In this document: positions 12,782 to 26,436 of the stretch, piece by piece
How positions within the stretch are numbered: position 1 is the stretch's first letter
How the letters are laid out: the number at the start of each line of letters is the position of its first letter
DNA from: Octopus sinensis
Taxonomy: Eukaryota
DNA: 64,000 bases
Assembly: GCF_006345805.1 (NCBI RefSeq)
Contig: NC_042998.1
Coordinates: 196,230,001-196,294,000, forward strand
Direction of reading: 5' to 3'
Notes under the pieces: generated by a model
The model's database searches: none
What the model was told of the DNA's origin: nothing
The model's input: only the letters and a program-made list of their open reading frames with translations
Program-made: the position numbers and the translations under genes

Positions 12782-13252
12782 GTCTCATATTCACAATTCA
12801 CAGTGTGCTTTCATCTGTCTTTAATTGTCCGTTCCCATTTTGTTGGATTTATATCCTTTGGTTTTCATGTGCCAGCTATAGTGTTACTTGTTTCAGTCAT
12901 ATGACAGGTAATGGGGGGAACACACTTTTGCCACTGTTGGTAATATCAGTTAATGTTACATCTGTAATTAAGTAATAGTTAAACAGTAATATTGTTATTG
13001 ACAATATATATTTATTGCAAATACACAAACAAGATGTTTATCTTAATTTAATTCAATTCTAATTTAATAAATACATTAATTTTGAAAATAAATATTCATT
13101 TCATGAATATTAATTCACCATGGAATTTGAAAAAAAATGAAATTACAATAAGTGAAACAGTATAACATGTCCTGATATTACTCCACACTGTCTGAACTAT
13201 GTTCGAAACACGTCGTATGACTAATTTGAGTTTGGAATATAAGATAATATTA

Positions 13253-13668
13253 CTATTTCTTTACTGCCTACAAGGGGCTAAACACAGAGAGGACAAACAA
13301 GGACAGACAAACGGATTAAGTCGATTATATCGACCCCAGTGCGTAACTGATACTTATTTAATCGACCCCGAAAGGATGAATGGCAAAGTCGACCCCGGCG
13401 GAATTTGAACTCAGAACGTAACGGCAGACGAAAAACCTAGTTCTTTACTACCCACAAGGGGCTAAACATAGAGAGGACAAACAAGGACAGACACACGGAT
13501 TAAGTCGATTATATCGACCCCAGTGCGTAACTGGTACTTAATTCATCGACCACGAAAGGATGAAAGCAAAGTCGACCTCGGCAGAATTTGAACTCAGAAC
13601 GTAGCGACAGACGAAATACCGCTAAACATTTCGCCCGGCGTGCTTAACGATTCTGCCAGCTCACTGCC
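13253..13668 (-). mobile_element. SINE family A tandem array
   Basis: Full copy plus a repeated 3' unit. Confidence 0.9.
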
Positions 13669-14239
13669 TTATATAAGTTGATATTACATTCAGTTCTATT
13701 ACAGCTAAACGAGGAAGGAATAGTAGAACTGAGATTTAGTCATGACGTTTTGACATTCTGGTCTGAGTTTAATCCTACCAGGGATGACTTCGTTTTCCCT
13801 GCTTCAGAGATCGATAAAATATAGACCCATGTTAGTTCACTGTCGGCTACCTGGTCGCTAACACTTGTTTTTTCCTTTTCTCTACTTCTGTTAAAAGTCA
13901 GGATATTAGCTGCCTTCATTTACTGACGACAGCCGAGACAACAACATCGACATTTTTCCCCACTCCCATTCAGGTTACCACCATCTTGTTCAAAATATTC
14001 CCTACACTCTTAAAAGGCAAGGCATACTGTCCCCCTCGTTTGATGCTGATTGCCAGGTTGCTAACCCTTCGTCACCCTTTGTTATTTGCAGTCAGTCAAT
14101 TTCTTTATTAACCATGAGGTTGGGAAAAAGAGGGGACGATACGAGGACAGACAAAACAATCATTGGGGTCAGGGGATCGAATGAGACGAAACGTATGAAT
14201 AAACAAACAATTAAAATATATACAATTAAATGAGAATGA

Positions 14240-14620
14240 GTGATTTACAAAACATCGCGACTATGACTGTCCCTGGCTTTGGCCTGACTTGATAACCTTG
14301 CTCCATTCTGGTCGGTTTTTCGCTTCAGTTTACCATTTATTAGGATCCATTCCTTTCCGCTTCATATTTTTTTTTTTTCCAGTATCATTGAATCTCAATC
14401 TGGGTCTCCCATGGCTTCTTTTCCTCTTCGCATTGTTGGGAGTAAAGAAGTCGTCTGGTTAGTCTGCTATTGTCCATCCTGTGTACTTGTTCCAACCAAC
14501 GTAAATTTTTGGCAATGAAGATTTCCATCCCAGCAGGCATTCTCTACTCTCTGATAAAAGACAAGACGCAATTTTGCTTGATTTCCTGCCAACAGCCAAG
14601 TCTATAACATCTTCATCGTT
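14240..14620 (-). pseudogene. RTE-clade LINE 3' remnant
   Basis: NLRWLEQVHRMDNSRLTRRLLYSQ...GRPRLRFND...W*TEAKNRPEW, the LRWLGHV.RM...GRP...W pattern; frameshifts and stops. Confidence 0.65.
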
Positions 14621-14871
14621 CTTTACTCTCAGCTAAAAGACACCATCATCCTTCACTTGCCGCCTACAACCAGGTCACCAGCAACATCTCTCTTTACTCA
14701 TCATTTAAATGCAGGTGAGATCCCACACCATTGACTGCCGGATCAATAACTACCTTCGTCTTTCTCAAATCTCAATTGAAGAGCAACAACACAAAAATTA
14801 CAAACTCTGGTTGCAATGTTATTATCAATCCGAATATGTTTGATGCACGTTCGAACTGGGGAACAAGCTAC

Positions 14872-15122
14872 TCGTTGCGTTTTGTCATAATTATTGCAGC
14901 TTTTTTTTTACAACAAATTTTATTCAACAAAAACAATAACAATATTTAACAAAAACATCTTTAAATAACGGTCTGACCGTCTGCCAAGCAAACGAGAAGA
15001 AGTAATTGAAGTAGATGGTAAATATGCTCTGGAATAATCACTTAAAGATGTTTTTGTTATTGTTTTTGTTGAATAAAATTTGTTGAAGAAACAAGCCGCA
15101 ATAATTATGCCCCAACCCAATA
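14872..15122. mobile_element. Mariner-derived MITE, copy 1
   Basis: Homologous to 15161-15408; decayed left TIR. Confidence 0.75.
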
Positions 15123-15160
15123 TAAAATGGTGATGTACTATTTGACCAATGTATTTTATA

Positions 15161-15408
15161 TATTAGGTTGGTGCATAATTATTGCGGCTTCTTTTTTCCA
15201 ACAAATTTTATTCAACAAAATCAATAACAACATTTAACAAAAACATCTTTAAATAACGGTCTGACCGTCTGCCAAGCAAATAGGAAGAATTAATTGAAGT
15301 AGATGGTGAATATGCTCCGGAATAATCACTTAAAGATGCTTTTGTTATTGTTTTTGTTGAATAAAATTTGTTGAAAAAAAGCTGCAATAATTATGTACCA
15401 ACGCAATA
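15161..15408. mobile_element. Mariner-derived MITE, copy 2
   Basis: TIR TA-TTAGGTTGGTGCATAATTATTGCGG (Hsmar1/Made1-like) and its reverse at 15380-15408; internal DRLPSK*E..IEVDGEY = mariner transposase C-terminus. Confidence 0.8.
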
Positions 15409-15520
15409 TCTAGCTTATTGACAAATGGTGTGTGTACACCTAGATCAGCTCGCAGTGCCACCAAGACTGTGAGATGCTAGCATTTTGGAGTAGTTATCTC
15501 CTCATTGGAGATACTACACA

Positions 15521-15618
15521 GATACTAGACAGACGATACTAGACAGACGATGCTAGACAGACGATGCTAGACAGACGATGCTAGACAGACGATGCTAGAC
15601 AGACGATACTAGACAGAC
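15521..15618. repeat. 14-bp tandem repeat (GATGCTAGACAGAC) x7
   Basis: Units start at 15521, 15535, 15549, 15563, 15577, 15591, 15605. Confidence 0.95.
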
Positions 15619-15899
15619 GACGCTCAATACCAATAGTCTCCAAATTCATCGTAAATAGTTTCCATGGCTTCTTTTGGTTCGTCCCCAAAATAAATATCAC
15701 CCAAGAACTGCAGTGTTTGAGCTTCCCTCGATCATAACATCTGACCTTGTGCCAATGTAACAAATCGATAATATTTTAATCAATAACAAGGCTTAAATTG
15801 ATTGACTTCCTTCCGTGAATCAAATTATTACATTAGATGTGTATTCGATATAAACACCCATGATTGGGTTTAATTATAAAATCTATATCCATAAATATG

Positions 15900-15982
15900 T
15901 GTATGTTGTTGTATGTATGTATGTATGTATGTATGTATGTATGTATGTATGTATGTATCTTATATATGTATATATATATATA

Positions 15983-16064
<82 letters not shown>

Positions 16065-16117
16065 CCTATATGTATATATGTATATATATCATACATACAT
16101 ATATATATATATGTATG

Positions 16118-16191
<74 letters not shown>

Positions 16192-16249
16192 TATATATAT
16201 ACATATATACATTATGCAATTATACATATACATGTGTGGATGTGAGTGT

Positions 16250-16300
<51 letters not shown>
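15900..16300. repeat. (TATG)n/(TA)n microsatellite
   Basis: Direct inspection. Confidence 0.95.
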
Positions 16301-16301
<1 letters not shown>

Positions 16302-17281
16302 CGTCCTATGTGTTGAAGCTAATATCATTTGATCACACAAATTATATTTGAAGTCATGAAACGCGCCTTATTATCTCGCGATGACATAAACGATATAAAC
16401 TGCGTGAATCGACTGTTTGAATGCATTTTTATGATGAGCGCAACATCATCGTAGCTCTTGCCTTTATTATCGAGGTATAAACGGCACCAGTGACTCATCA
16501 AAGAGGATCAAGAGAACTATTGAGGAAATCATAGAAGCTTCACTCTAAACTTCATCGATGAGCGCCATTTTGAACTCAACACCAAAATGAAAACCAAAAA
16601 AAGAAACCAGTTGTAGAGGTGGTTCGTTGCAAGTGTGATTCTCACCAGCTAAACACGTATTTGGTTTGTGTTTAGAAGGTGTTTACTGAAGTGCAGCATG
16701 AGAGCGAATAGAAGGTTTCTATTATTATTGTTGTCTTTCATCATTTCGGGGTCGATAAAATAAGTACCAGTTGAGTACTGGGGTGGGGAGGTCAATCTAA
16801 TCGACTAGCTCCTCCTTTAAAGATATTCAGACCTTGTGCTTGCAGTATTCTTTTATTCTTCTATTCTTTTATTTGTTTCAGTCATTTGACTGTGGCCATG
16901 CTGGAGCACCACCTTTAATCGAGGAAATCTACCCCAGGACTTATTCTTTGTAAGCCTAGTACCTATTCTATCGGTCTCTCTTGTCAAAATCGCAACATGA
17001 AATGAAGTATTGTACTCAAAACACGCACTGAACAGCCCGGTCCGATGACACGAACCACGGCTTTATGATCGCGAAGCGAACAGCCTTAACCATTGGGCCA
17101 CGGACCATCATGACATAGGTGGGTATTTTGTGGTTAGAACAATACTCTTCTGAGGTTCAAAAAAACCACCCGAGTCATCACCACCCTCTTTAATCTTTAC
17201 TCTTTACTCTTTACTTGTTTCAGTCATTTGACTACGGCCATGCTGGAGCACCGCCTTTAGTCGAGCAAATCGACACCAGGA

Positions 17282-17850
17282 TACAAGACTGGTTCCTCTA
17301 ACGTCAAACTAATCTCCACCCTCGCCATACGAAACTATGATACATCCTCCAATGTTAAACTAATGCTTTCCATTCGAAACCACCTTTTCCGAATCAATCT
17401 CATACGTTTCCTTAACGTGAAACTGATGTTTACTCTCTCATATCTCCCCTTGCTATACGAAACCACTTTCTCCAAATCAATCTAATTTTGCCCTCGCAAT
17501 TTAAACTGCATTGTCCAACATCAAATTAATATCTACCTTTGCTATTAAAAAAATGTGTCAAAGCCATCAGGAGGCGTCGATGCTTCCTAGGGCTAAACAG
17601 CGGTGGTGTAACCCCCTACTGTCACGTTCACGTTAGATTGACAGTATGCAACCATTCTATCGCCCCACCACCGTACATATCTCTATGAGAGATTTAGAAA
17701 TTTAATATTTCTGATTTTGCTATAATATTCTCCCTAAACTCGGACTAATGTCTTACTTCGCCATACGAAATTAATGTCTTCAACATCAAGATAATGTCCC
17801 CGCTCGCCATACGAGAGTAGTTTAACCAACGTGAAACTGCTTTCTGTTAA
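17282..17850. repeat. Highly degenerate repeat array (recurrent TCGCCATACGAAAC / AACGTGAAACT / TCAAACTAAT)
   Basis: Motifs recur near 17322, 17452, 17758, 17803; period irregular. Confidence 0.45.
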
Positions 17851-17872
17851 TCAAACTAATTTCTTCTCCAGT

Positions 17873-18048
17873 CAGCGGTGCAGGTGTGGGTGGGTGGGTG
17901 GGTGGTAAGAAGCTTGCCTCCCATCCACAAGGTTCTGGGTTCAGTCTCGCTGCGTAACCCTGTAGCCAAGTGTTTTCTACTATATTCTCGGATCAACCAA
18001 AGCTTTGTGGGTGGATTTGATTGATGGAAACTGAGAGAAAACTGTCGT
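17873..18048 (+). mobile_element. SINE family B, 5' half
   Basis: tRNA-like head through GATGGAAACTGAGAGAA. Confidence 0.75.
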
Positions 18049-18049
18049 G

Positions 18050-18130
18050 TACGAGGTGCGTTCAAAAGTACCCGATTTTATTTTTTCCCGCCAAAACTAA
18101 TGTCACGTGGGCAAGATCTTTTGGGTGTAG
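18050..18130 (+). mobile_element. Probable mariner-type left terminus
   Basis: TA-CGAGGTGCGTTCAAAAGT resembles mariner TIRs; no partner end found. Confidence 0.35.
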
Positions 18131-18322
18131 CTGTTACGCCTAGAGTACAGACATGAAGTGCGCGCTCGTCGGACGACAGAAACAAGCAAATGATAATAGA
18201 ATAAAGATACGAAACAGCATTTTCGAACAGTAAATTCATGTACCCTCGCTATACAGAACTACTTTTATGTCTATAACGTCAGACTTGCTTTCTAAACTTG
18301 TTTTTAATTCGCATTTCAGGCA

Positions 18323-18353
<31 letters not shown>

Positions 18354-18857
18354 ATATATATAGATATATATATGCCGTTTTCTTACTGAAATTAAAAGAA
18401 ACGAGTTAGTCTTGTAACTCGAGTTTCATGCTACAGCGAGCACCAGGCGAGTGTTGTGGTGAGTGGCGTTGCCTAGTAGTGCAGGTGTTGCATACACGAT
18501 CATAAGGTCGTGGTTTCGACCGAGATGTGCGTTGTGTTCTTGAGAAGAAAAACACTTCATTTCATGTGACTCCATTCCACTCAGCTGTAAATGTGTGAGC
18601 GCAGCGATGGAGTGGCGTCTCGTTTATTAAGTGTGTTGTGATCTCAGTCACTTATACGCCATAATGTTTCCCACCTAACCAGCAAGGTTATAATTCAATT
18701 TAATCATTCCAAGGACCTATAATCCTTTAAGGGATGCTAGCATCCTAGTCCTCCGGTTAATACCAGTGTCCTGTGAAAAACTAAAGACATTAGTTTTGCA
18801 TTGATGTATATTGGTATTTAAATATTTATGAATGAGAAAAAGAAGAAAACGCAGATT

Positions 18858-19111
18858 TTGACGTATAGACATCAATTTTTCAAAGATATTCAAATCAATA
18901 ATATAATATGAAATTCTCATCCCTACAGCCGTTTCAACATCCAATTAATTCAATGAAATACCCAATTACCCAATTTCAAAATGAAAATTTTAATTTAATT
19001 TAATTTAATTTCTGTAATTGAATTAATTGGATATGGAAACGGCTGTAGGGATAAGAATTTCATATTATATGGATTTGAATATCTTTGAATAAACTGATGT
19101 CTATACGTCAA
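18858..19111. mobile_element. Foldback element, ~95-bp imperfect inverted arms around a ~60-bp AT-rich spacer
   Basis: 18858-18954 vs 19017-19111. Confidence 0.8.
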
Positions 19112-19589
19112 TTTCCCCATTTTCTTTCTTTTCTCATACATATACTTATGTGTGTATGTGAGTGCGTGTGTGCAAGCATGTATGTATGTATGTATGTATG
19201 TATGTATGTATGTATGTATGTGTGTGTGTACGTGTATGTTCTTATCCAAGGCAACTTTTTCCCTTCACAGTTTCGCATCTGGTGTCTGAGAAACAAGATG
19301 GATAAAAACAAAGATATTTGACCGAAAAACTCGCTGGATTGGGTCATAAAAATTATTATCGATTCTGTCACAAGAGAATATTGTTTTGTGAAGCTTTATT
19401 GCATGAAATATATAGAAAGCTCCATGATGCTAAGTGAAGTGAGGGCTATCATCCTCATCAAAGAGAAACGGGTGTTTGTTTTAATGGTTTCATGTGTTTT
19501 AATCAACAGATGAAATAATTTTGTTTACACATACAGAGATATAAATATATCTGTGTGTGTTTAAAAGATACACACAGATATGAATGCGT

Positions 19590-19603
19590 GTATATATTAG
19601 AAG

Positions 19604-19650
<47 letters not shown>

Positions 19651-20243
19651 CTGATATGAATGCATGCGTGCCTATTTGACACATTCAGATATAAACCTGT
19701 GGGTTTATTATAAGTACGCATGCAAGCACACCGTCACACATACACACCACAGAAAGGTATAGATGCGTTTGCGCGCGTGTGCGCATGTATGTGTTTGAAG
19801 CACGCATGCGCACATAGATTGAAATATAAATATGTCTATCAAACATACACACGCACACATGCGCGCGCACAGATATAAATTTGTGTGTGAATCTATTAAA
19901 ACACAGACGCACAGACACATACGCATACACACATACACACACATACACACATACACACACATAGACACACACACATACACACATAGACACATACATGCAT
20001 ACACACACACACGTACACACATGCAACCACACATATAACACATACACACACATAAACACATACACATACATACATACATACACATACACACATATAGACA
20101 CATACATATACACACATACATACAAACATACAGACATAAACGCATACATACATACACACACATATATACATACACATATACGCACACACATACACACACA
20201 CATGCACACACATACATACGCACATACATACACGCACACACAT
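19590..20243. repeat. (CA)n-rich compound microsatellite
   Basis: Direct inspection. Confidence 0.95.
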
Positions 20244-20646
20244 TAAAAATACGATAGTCGCAGTATGTCCAAATTTTTTAAGAAGTTCGCCTGGCGATCA
20301 CAATGTCCCAGGGTCGATCCTATTCTGCGGCATTATGAACCGATGTATTTTAATAAATGCCTCGGTCAGATCTATGTCCTGTGAGTGAAAAGCTGTAGGC
20401 GGAAACTGTGCAGAAACCTGTCGGGTGGACTGTGCCTAGAATTCAAAAAGTTACCACTTTGCCACACCCTGTGTTACGCTGATTCTTACCTGAGAATTAC
20501 GCAATTACATTCATGGTAATTGTCTGCGGAATACTCGGCTACTTATACACGGTAATTCAATGAAAAGGTAATTCAGTTAATCAAACAACTGAATGCCAAT
20601 CGCCGAAACCGACGGAGAACCGTTGCCGTTATAAAAAAACACGAAA

Positions 20647-20846
20647 GGCGGCGAGCTGGCAGAATCGTTAGCACACCGGGCGAAATGCCGCTACGTTCTG
20701 AGTTTAAATTCCGCCGAGGTCAACTTTGCCTTTCATCCTTTCGGGGTCGATAAATTAAGTACCAGTCGGATACAGGGGTCGATGTGATTGACTATACTCC
20801 GCCCCACAAAATCCGGGCCTTGTGCCTATAGTAGAAAGGATTATTA
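20647..20846 (+). mobile_element. SINE family A (alternative tail ...GGGCCTTGTGCCTATAGTAGAAAGGATTATTA)
   Basis: Homology to other copies. Confidence 0.9.
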
Positions 20847-20910
20847 AAAACACGATCGTGTTCTAGTTTCATGTCTTTTTTTTATTATTTATCTCATATA
20901 TATTTTGTCC

Positions 20911-21218
20911 GTGAAGGTGCGTGGTTTAGTGGTAAGGGTATTCGCCTAAAGATCGTAAGGTTGTGAGTTCGGTTCCCGGCTGTGCCTTGTGTCTCTGAGC
21001 AAGACACTTTTTTTCACGTTGCTCCAGTCTACCAAAAATGAGTAGCACCTGTAATTAGAAAGGACCAACCCTGTCACGCTGAATCTCCCCGAGAACTAGA
21101 TTAAGGGTACATTAATGGTACATGGAATCCTCAACCACTTGCATGTTAATTTCATGAGCAGGCTGTTCAGTTGATCGGATCAACTGGAACCCACGTCGTC
21201 GCAACCGACGGAGTGTCA
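20911..21218 (+). mobile_element. SINE family D, full length
   Basis: tRNA-like head, GAGCAAGACACTT segment, C/D shared tail. Confidence 0.85.
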
Positions 21219-21382
21219 GTTTTATGTTTTTATACATATACATATTATGTCATGAGATTTCTAGATGAAGACGGCATCGATGTTGTACCAGTTTTTAAAT
21301 AATCAGTACTGGGGCCGATGTGTGTGTACATTAATATACATATACAAACATACATACATACATACATACATACATACATACA

Positions 21383-21413
<31 letters not shown>

Positions 21414-21858
21414 GTGTGTGTGTGTGTGTAAAATAAATAATATATAAATATATGCAAATATACATGCATATATGTACATACCTACATATATATGTATATA
21501 TACATGTATATATGGGTACAGGACATAAAAAAACGTTGAACACAATGAGAAACGAAAACATAAAAACAAAAACATAAAAAAACTTTTTTTAGGACAACGA
21601 AAACAAACAAACAGAGAAACGAGACATACAACATAAAGAATATTCCCCTTCTTCAGTTGTCCCTCTTTCATCTACTCCACGGTCGAAGGCAAGGACAAGA
21701 CGCGACTTCGTTGAAACAGCCCTTCCCGCAAAGCAAATTAAATGAAATTTGGGATTTTTTGCGGAGGGTGAAAGTGTTAACAAGAACAGGACAGTGAGAA
21801 CAAAACAGTAAAAACAAACGTTGAGGGCTGTTAAGTCAAGACGATGGAAAAATTATTC

Positions 21859-21908
<50 letters not shown>

Positions 21909-21910
<2 letters not shown>

Positions 21911-22163
21911 GGGTGTTCAAAAAGTCTCTCCGCAGTAAGTATTTTATTGCAAAAATTTACAAGATGGTATAAGACTACAGAAGAATATATTAGACTTTAC
22001 AAGACTTTAAAAAAACTTTAGAAGAGGTGTTGAAAGTGTAGTTATCCATTTTCAATACGCAAGCTGACTCTTCTACACATGTTTTGAAATACATCTTGGA
22101 AAGTCTGACTCGGTGAGTCTGGACGAAAAAAATTTACTGCGGAGAGACTTTTTGAACGCCTTG
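21909..22163. mobile_element. Tc1/mariner-type MITE with ~30-bp TIRs
   Basis: CAGGGTGTTCAAAAAGTCTCTCCGCAGTAA and TTACTGCGGAGAGACTTTTTGAACGCCTTG-TA; minus strand encodes QDVFQNMCRRV...IENG*LHFQHLF* (transposase C-terminus). Confidence 0.85.
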
Positions 22164-22619
22164 TATATAAAAATGAGATCTCGCACGCCGACACTTAGCC
22201 GCATTTTGTCTGTCTTTACGCTTTAAGTTCAAATTCCGCCAAGGTCCTTATTTTCCTTTCATTCTTCTGGGGTTGATAAAATCAGTACCATTTGAATATT
22301 GGGGTCGAAATAATCCCCAACTTTGTTGATCTTTTGCCAAAATTTGAAATCAGTATATAAGATGTCGAGTTCAGATTTCATTCAGTTAAATTTTCCCTCA
22401 ACCAAAGTTGCCATGCTTCTCTGCGACTAACAGAATTAATTGATTTTTACATTAAATATTATCACAAGTGGCGTTCCATAATTTGTGGTTCTCTGTTTCA
22501 TAATTCCGTTAGGGGGCGCTGTATCACCATTTATTCTAATCTTGAGCAAACTTCGGTACGTGCAACTCTTTGAATGGTACGCCTAACGAAAAATCACCTT
22601 GAATTTTTTTTTGTCGTGA

Positions 22620-22684
22620 GACCCGCCTGATGATGGCCTAGGTTTCATGAGGCCCCCCTTTCGAGAAAAGGTTGCCCATGCCTG
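22620..22684 (-). mobile_element. Probable hAT terminus
   Basis: GGTTGCCCATGCCTG = reverse of CAGGCATGGGCAACC, typical of hAT/Charlie ends; single end only. Confidence 0.35.
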
Positions 22685-22891
22685 ATTTATTCTGTGCCAC
22701 CTTGGTTCTACCATCTCCGCTTCTCAGGTGCTAATGAGATTTTCCCCGTTGTCCAGATTGCTTCCACACCAAGTCGACTCCTTAGATCCCTAAGTAAACT
22801 TAATAGGGAGCCGGAGTATTTTCACCTGGATTAGTGGCAAAGCGCAGTCAATCGAGTGCTGGGGTTTCTCAGTATTTTATTTGGGTCCATT

Positions 22892-23274
22892 GTGGAGTCG
22901 CAATGGCCCTGTGGTTAGGGTAGCGGACTCGCGGTCGTAGGATTGCTGTTTCGATCCCCAGACCGGGCGTTGAAAGTGTTTTTTTGTGCGAAAACACCTA
23001 AAGTTCCACGAGGCTCCGACAGGGGGTGATGGCGATCCCTGCTGTACTCTTTCACCATAACTTTCTCTCACTCTTTCTTCCTGTTTCTGTTGTACCTGTA
23101 TTTCAAAGGGCCAGCCTTGTCACACTCTGTGTCACGCTGAATCTCCCCGAGAACTACATTAAGGGTTCACGTGTCTGTGGAGTGCTCAGCCACTTGCACG
23201 TTAATTTCACGAGCAGGCTGTTCCATTGATCGGATCAACTGGAACCCTCTTCATCGCAACTGACGGAGTGCCAC
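22892..23274 (+). mobile_element. SINE family C, full length, 11-bp TSD
   Basis: TTGGGTCCATT at 22881-22891 and 23275-23285. Confidence 0.9.
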
Positions 23275-23544
23275 TTGGGTCCATTAACGTTATGAGTTTA
23301 TATTCCGCCAAAACCGCTTTTTTGGCTTTTTCGTATTTGTGTCGGGTTACCAAAATAATTTATAATGCAAGTACTTACGTCAATTAAACTGAACCATCCC
23401 CCTCTCGTTTCCCCTCCCCATAAAAGGCTATGGCCTCGTGCCAGCGTTAGAAATCATTATTTTGCTAGGTTATCCAATGTTTAATATATTTCTATTTTAA
23501 TTAATAATTACACAACGATAAAAGTGCTTGTATATTTATAAAAG

Positions 23545-23547
23545 AAA

Positions 23548-23599
<52 letters not shown>

Positions 23600-23682
23600 A
23601 GGAAGGAAGGAAGGAAGAAAGAGGGAAAGAAAGAAAGAAAGAAGGAAAGAAAGAAAGAGGGAAAGAAAGAAAGAAAGAAGGA

Positions 23683-23726
<44 letters not shown>

Positions 23727-23877
23727 GGGAAAGAAAGAAAGAAAGAAGAAAGAAAGAAAGAAGAAAGAAAGAAGGAAGGAGAAAGGAAGAAAGAAGAAGG
23801 AAGAAGGAAAGAAAGAAGGAAGAAAGAAAGAAGGAAGAAAGAAAGAAGGAAGGAAGGAAGGAAGGAAGAAAGAGGGA

Positions 23878-23909
<32 letters not shown>

Positions 23910-23960
23910 GGGAAAGAAAGAAAGAAAAAAAAAGAAGGAAAGGAAGAAAGAAAGAAAGAA
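23545..23960. repeat. (GAAA)n/(GGAA)n microsatellite
   Basis: Direct inspection. Confidence 0.95.
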
Positions 23961-24270
23961 GTCAAAGAGCAATAACGAATCAGAGACGGCAAACAAACAA
24001 CAGAAATTCGGATGCTCCACCGACTGAGTCATCAATGCTTTTCTGTTTTTTGTCTTTTATTATGAAGAAGAAGGGCCTCCTTATATGTTGGCGCAGCTGC
24101 CTGCTTTCCCGACACCAAACTGCATAATTTAGCAACATATTTCGGTACCAGAATACCAACCGTTTGCACCCTGCTCTCTCTTCCTATTTGGCAGCCTCTC
24201 GTCTCGCTTAGCAATGGCCGCCCAATCGTAATTAATAATTAAACATCGTACAACAAACACACCGACGTCT

Positions 24271-24685
24271 CTCAGCTTCTCCTTCACCCTTCACCCTTTC
24301 CCTCCCTCCCTCGTTTCTTCTCTCTCTCTCTCTCTCCATCTCTCTCTCTCTCTCTGTCTCGTCTCGTCTCCCCCCCCAGCCCCACTGTTTAACTCTTCTA
24401 CTCACCTCCTCCTACTTTCACTTTTTACCTCCCCTTCTCCTCCTACCTCTCACTATCACTTTTACTCTATCTCTATTCATAGCTTCTTTTCTCAGCTTCT
24501 CCTTCGTCTTCACCCTTCATCCTTTCCCTCCCTCCCTCGTTCTCTCTCTCTCTCTCTCTCTCTCTGTCTCGTCTCCTCCCCCCTCCACTGTTTAATTCTT
24601 CTACTCACCTCCTCCTACTTTCACTTTTTACCTCCCCCTTCTCCTTCTACCTTTACTCTATCTCTATTCATAGCTTCTTTTTCCT
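24271..24685. repeat. Tandem duplication of a ~210-bp pyrimidine-rich block
   Basis: CTCAGCTTCTCCTTC...CTCTATTCATAGCTTCTTTT at 24271-24490 and 24491-24685. Confidence 0.85.
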
Positions 24686-24914
24686 TCTCACTTTTATTTT
24701 TCCCGCTTCTTTGCACCTCTCCTCCCCTTCCTCTCACCCATTCTCTTTACCATTCCCTTGTTTTCCTCCTCCCCCCTCTCTCTCTCTCTCTCACTCCCAC
24801 CGACACAGTCTTCTCTCGCCTCATCTTTTTTTTTTCCCTCATAAACTCTGCTAACGTTTGTTTTGTTGGGTGTAAACGATTTCCACATTGTTCTGAAACT
24901 GCCTTTTTTTTTAC

Positions 24915-25330
24915 AACCACCACCACCACCACCACCACTACTAACGCCACCACTACTAACGCCACCACCACCACCACCACCACCACCACCACCACCATCA
25001 CACCACCACCACCACCACCACCACCACACCACCACCACCACCACCACACCATCACCACCACCACCACTCACCACCACCACACCACCACCAACCACCACCA
25101 CCATCACCACCACCACCACCACTACTAACGCCCCCACCACCCCACACCTCACCACCACCACCACCACCACCATCACACCACACCACCACCACCACCACCA
25201 CCACCACCACTACTAACGCCACCACCAACTTCACCACTGTCATAGTAACTATCACCTTCACTATCATTACTACGGCAAACGATTACGCCAGAATCGGAAT
25301 CACCACCACCACCACCACCACCACCATCAC
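24915..25330. repeat. (ACC)n microsatellite
   Basis: Direct inspection. Confidence 0.95.
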
Positions 25331-25604
25331 AACTAACACATGATAGCGCGAGAAGCCAACATCTATGTACATGTGTGTGTGTATTTACATATATATATAT
25401 ATACGTACATATGTATGTATAAATACATATAACTATGAATGTGTGTATATATATATATATATTAGAAAAAATGAGGTAATCAGATCGGATGGTTCATATT
25501 TATAGATATTTATTTATATATTACATTTTTTACATATATATCATATCATTCAGATCATATCATTCGGATTAGCGCTTTCTCCCATCCAGTGGGGTTTTTT
25601 AAAT

Positions 25605-25651
<47 letters not shown>

Positions 25652-26072
25652 TATATATATATTATATATATATATAATATATAATATATATATATACACA
25701 CACATACATGCATATATAAATACCTTCAAGTACTACGATCTAGCATCGTTCAGAAGAAAACCAGCCACCAGCACTCTGAGATTTATGTAAGAAAAACATT
25801 TGAACTTCCAGAACTGACACCATGAAAGATTAATTTAATTTATTTCGATATATTAGCCTTACAACATGACTAAATTTTCTTTAAAAAAGACTGAAACCGG
25901 TAGCATATTTTGATGAAAATGTATTTTTATATAATGTGTATATATATGTGTGCGTGTGCGTGTGTGTGTGTGTGTATGTATATGTATGTATATATACATA
26001 CATATACATATATATTGTGTGCGGGTGCGTGTGTGTGTGTGTGTATGTATATGTATGTATATATACATACAT

Positions 26073-26118
<46 letters not shown>

Positions 26119-26436
26119 GTTATATGTGTGTGTATGTATGTATGTATGTATGTATGTATGTATGTATGTATGTATGTATGCGCGCGCGTGTGTATATAGG
26201 TTATTCCACATGGTTCTTTCATTATATGTAAAACCATATGTTGACTCTTTTGGATTAAATGAATATATATATATATGTGTGTGTGTGTGTGTTTGTGTAT
26301 GTATTATGTATGTATGTATGTATGCATGTACGTAATGTAGTATGTATGTATGTATGTATGTATGTATGTATGTATGTATGTATGTATGTATGTATTAAAA
26401 AACAAAGTAAAGTTGTAAGGTACCGCACGAGTGAAA

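Noticed and set aside
13165-13220. GAAC-TAT-GTTC-GAAACACGTC
   Set aside because: No CUGANGA in register upstream.
22626-22660. CTGATGA followed by a GGCC/GGCC hairpin
   Set aside because: Not followed by GAAA; lies in a probable hAT end.
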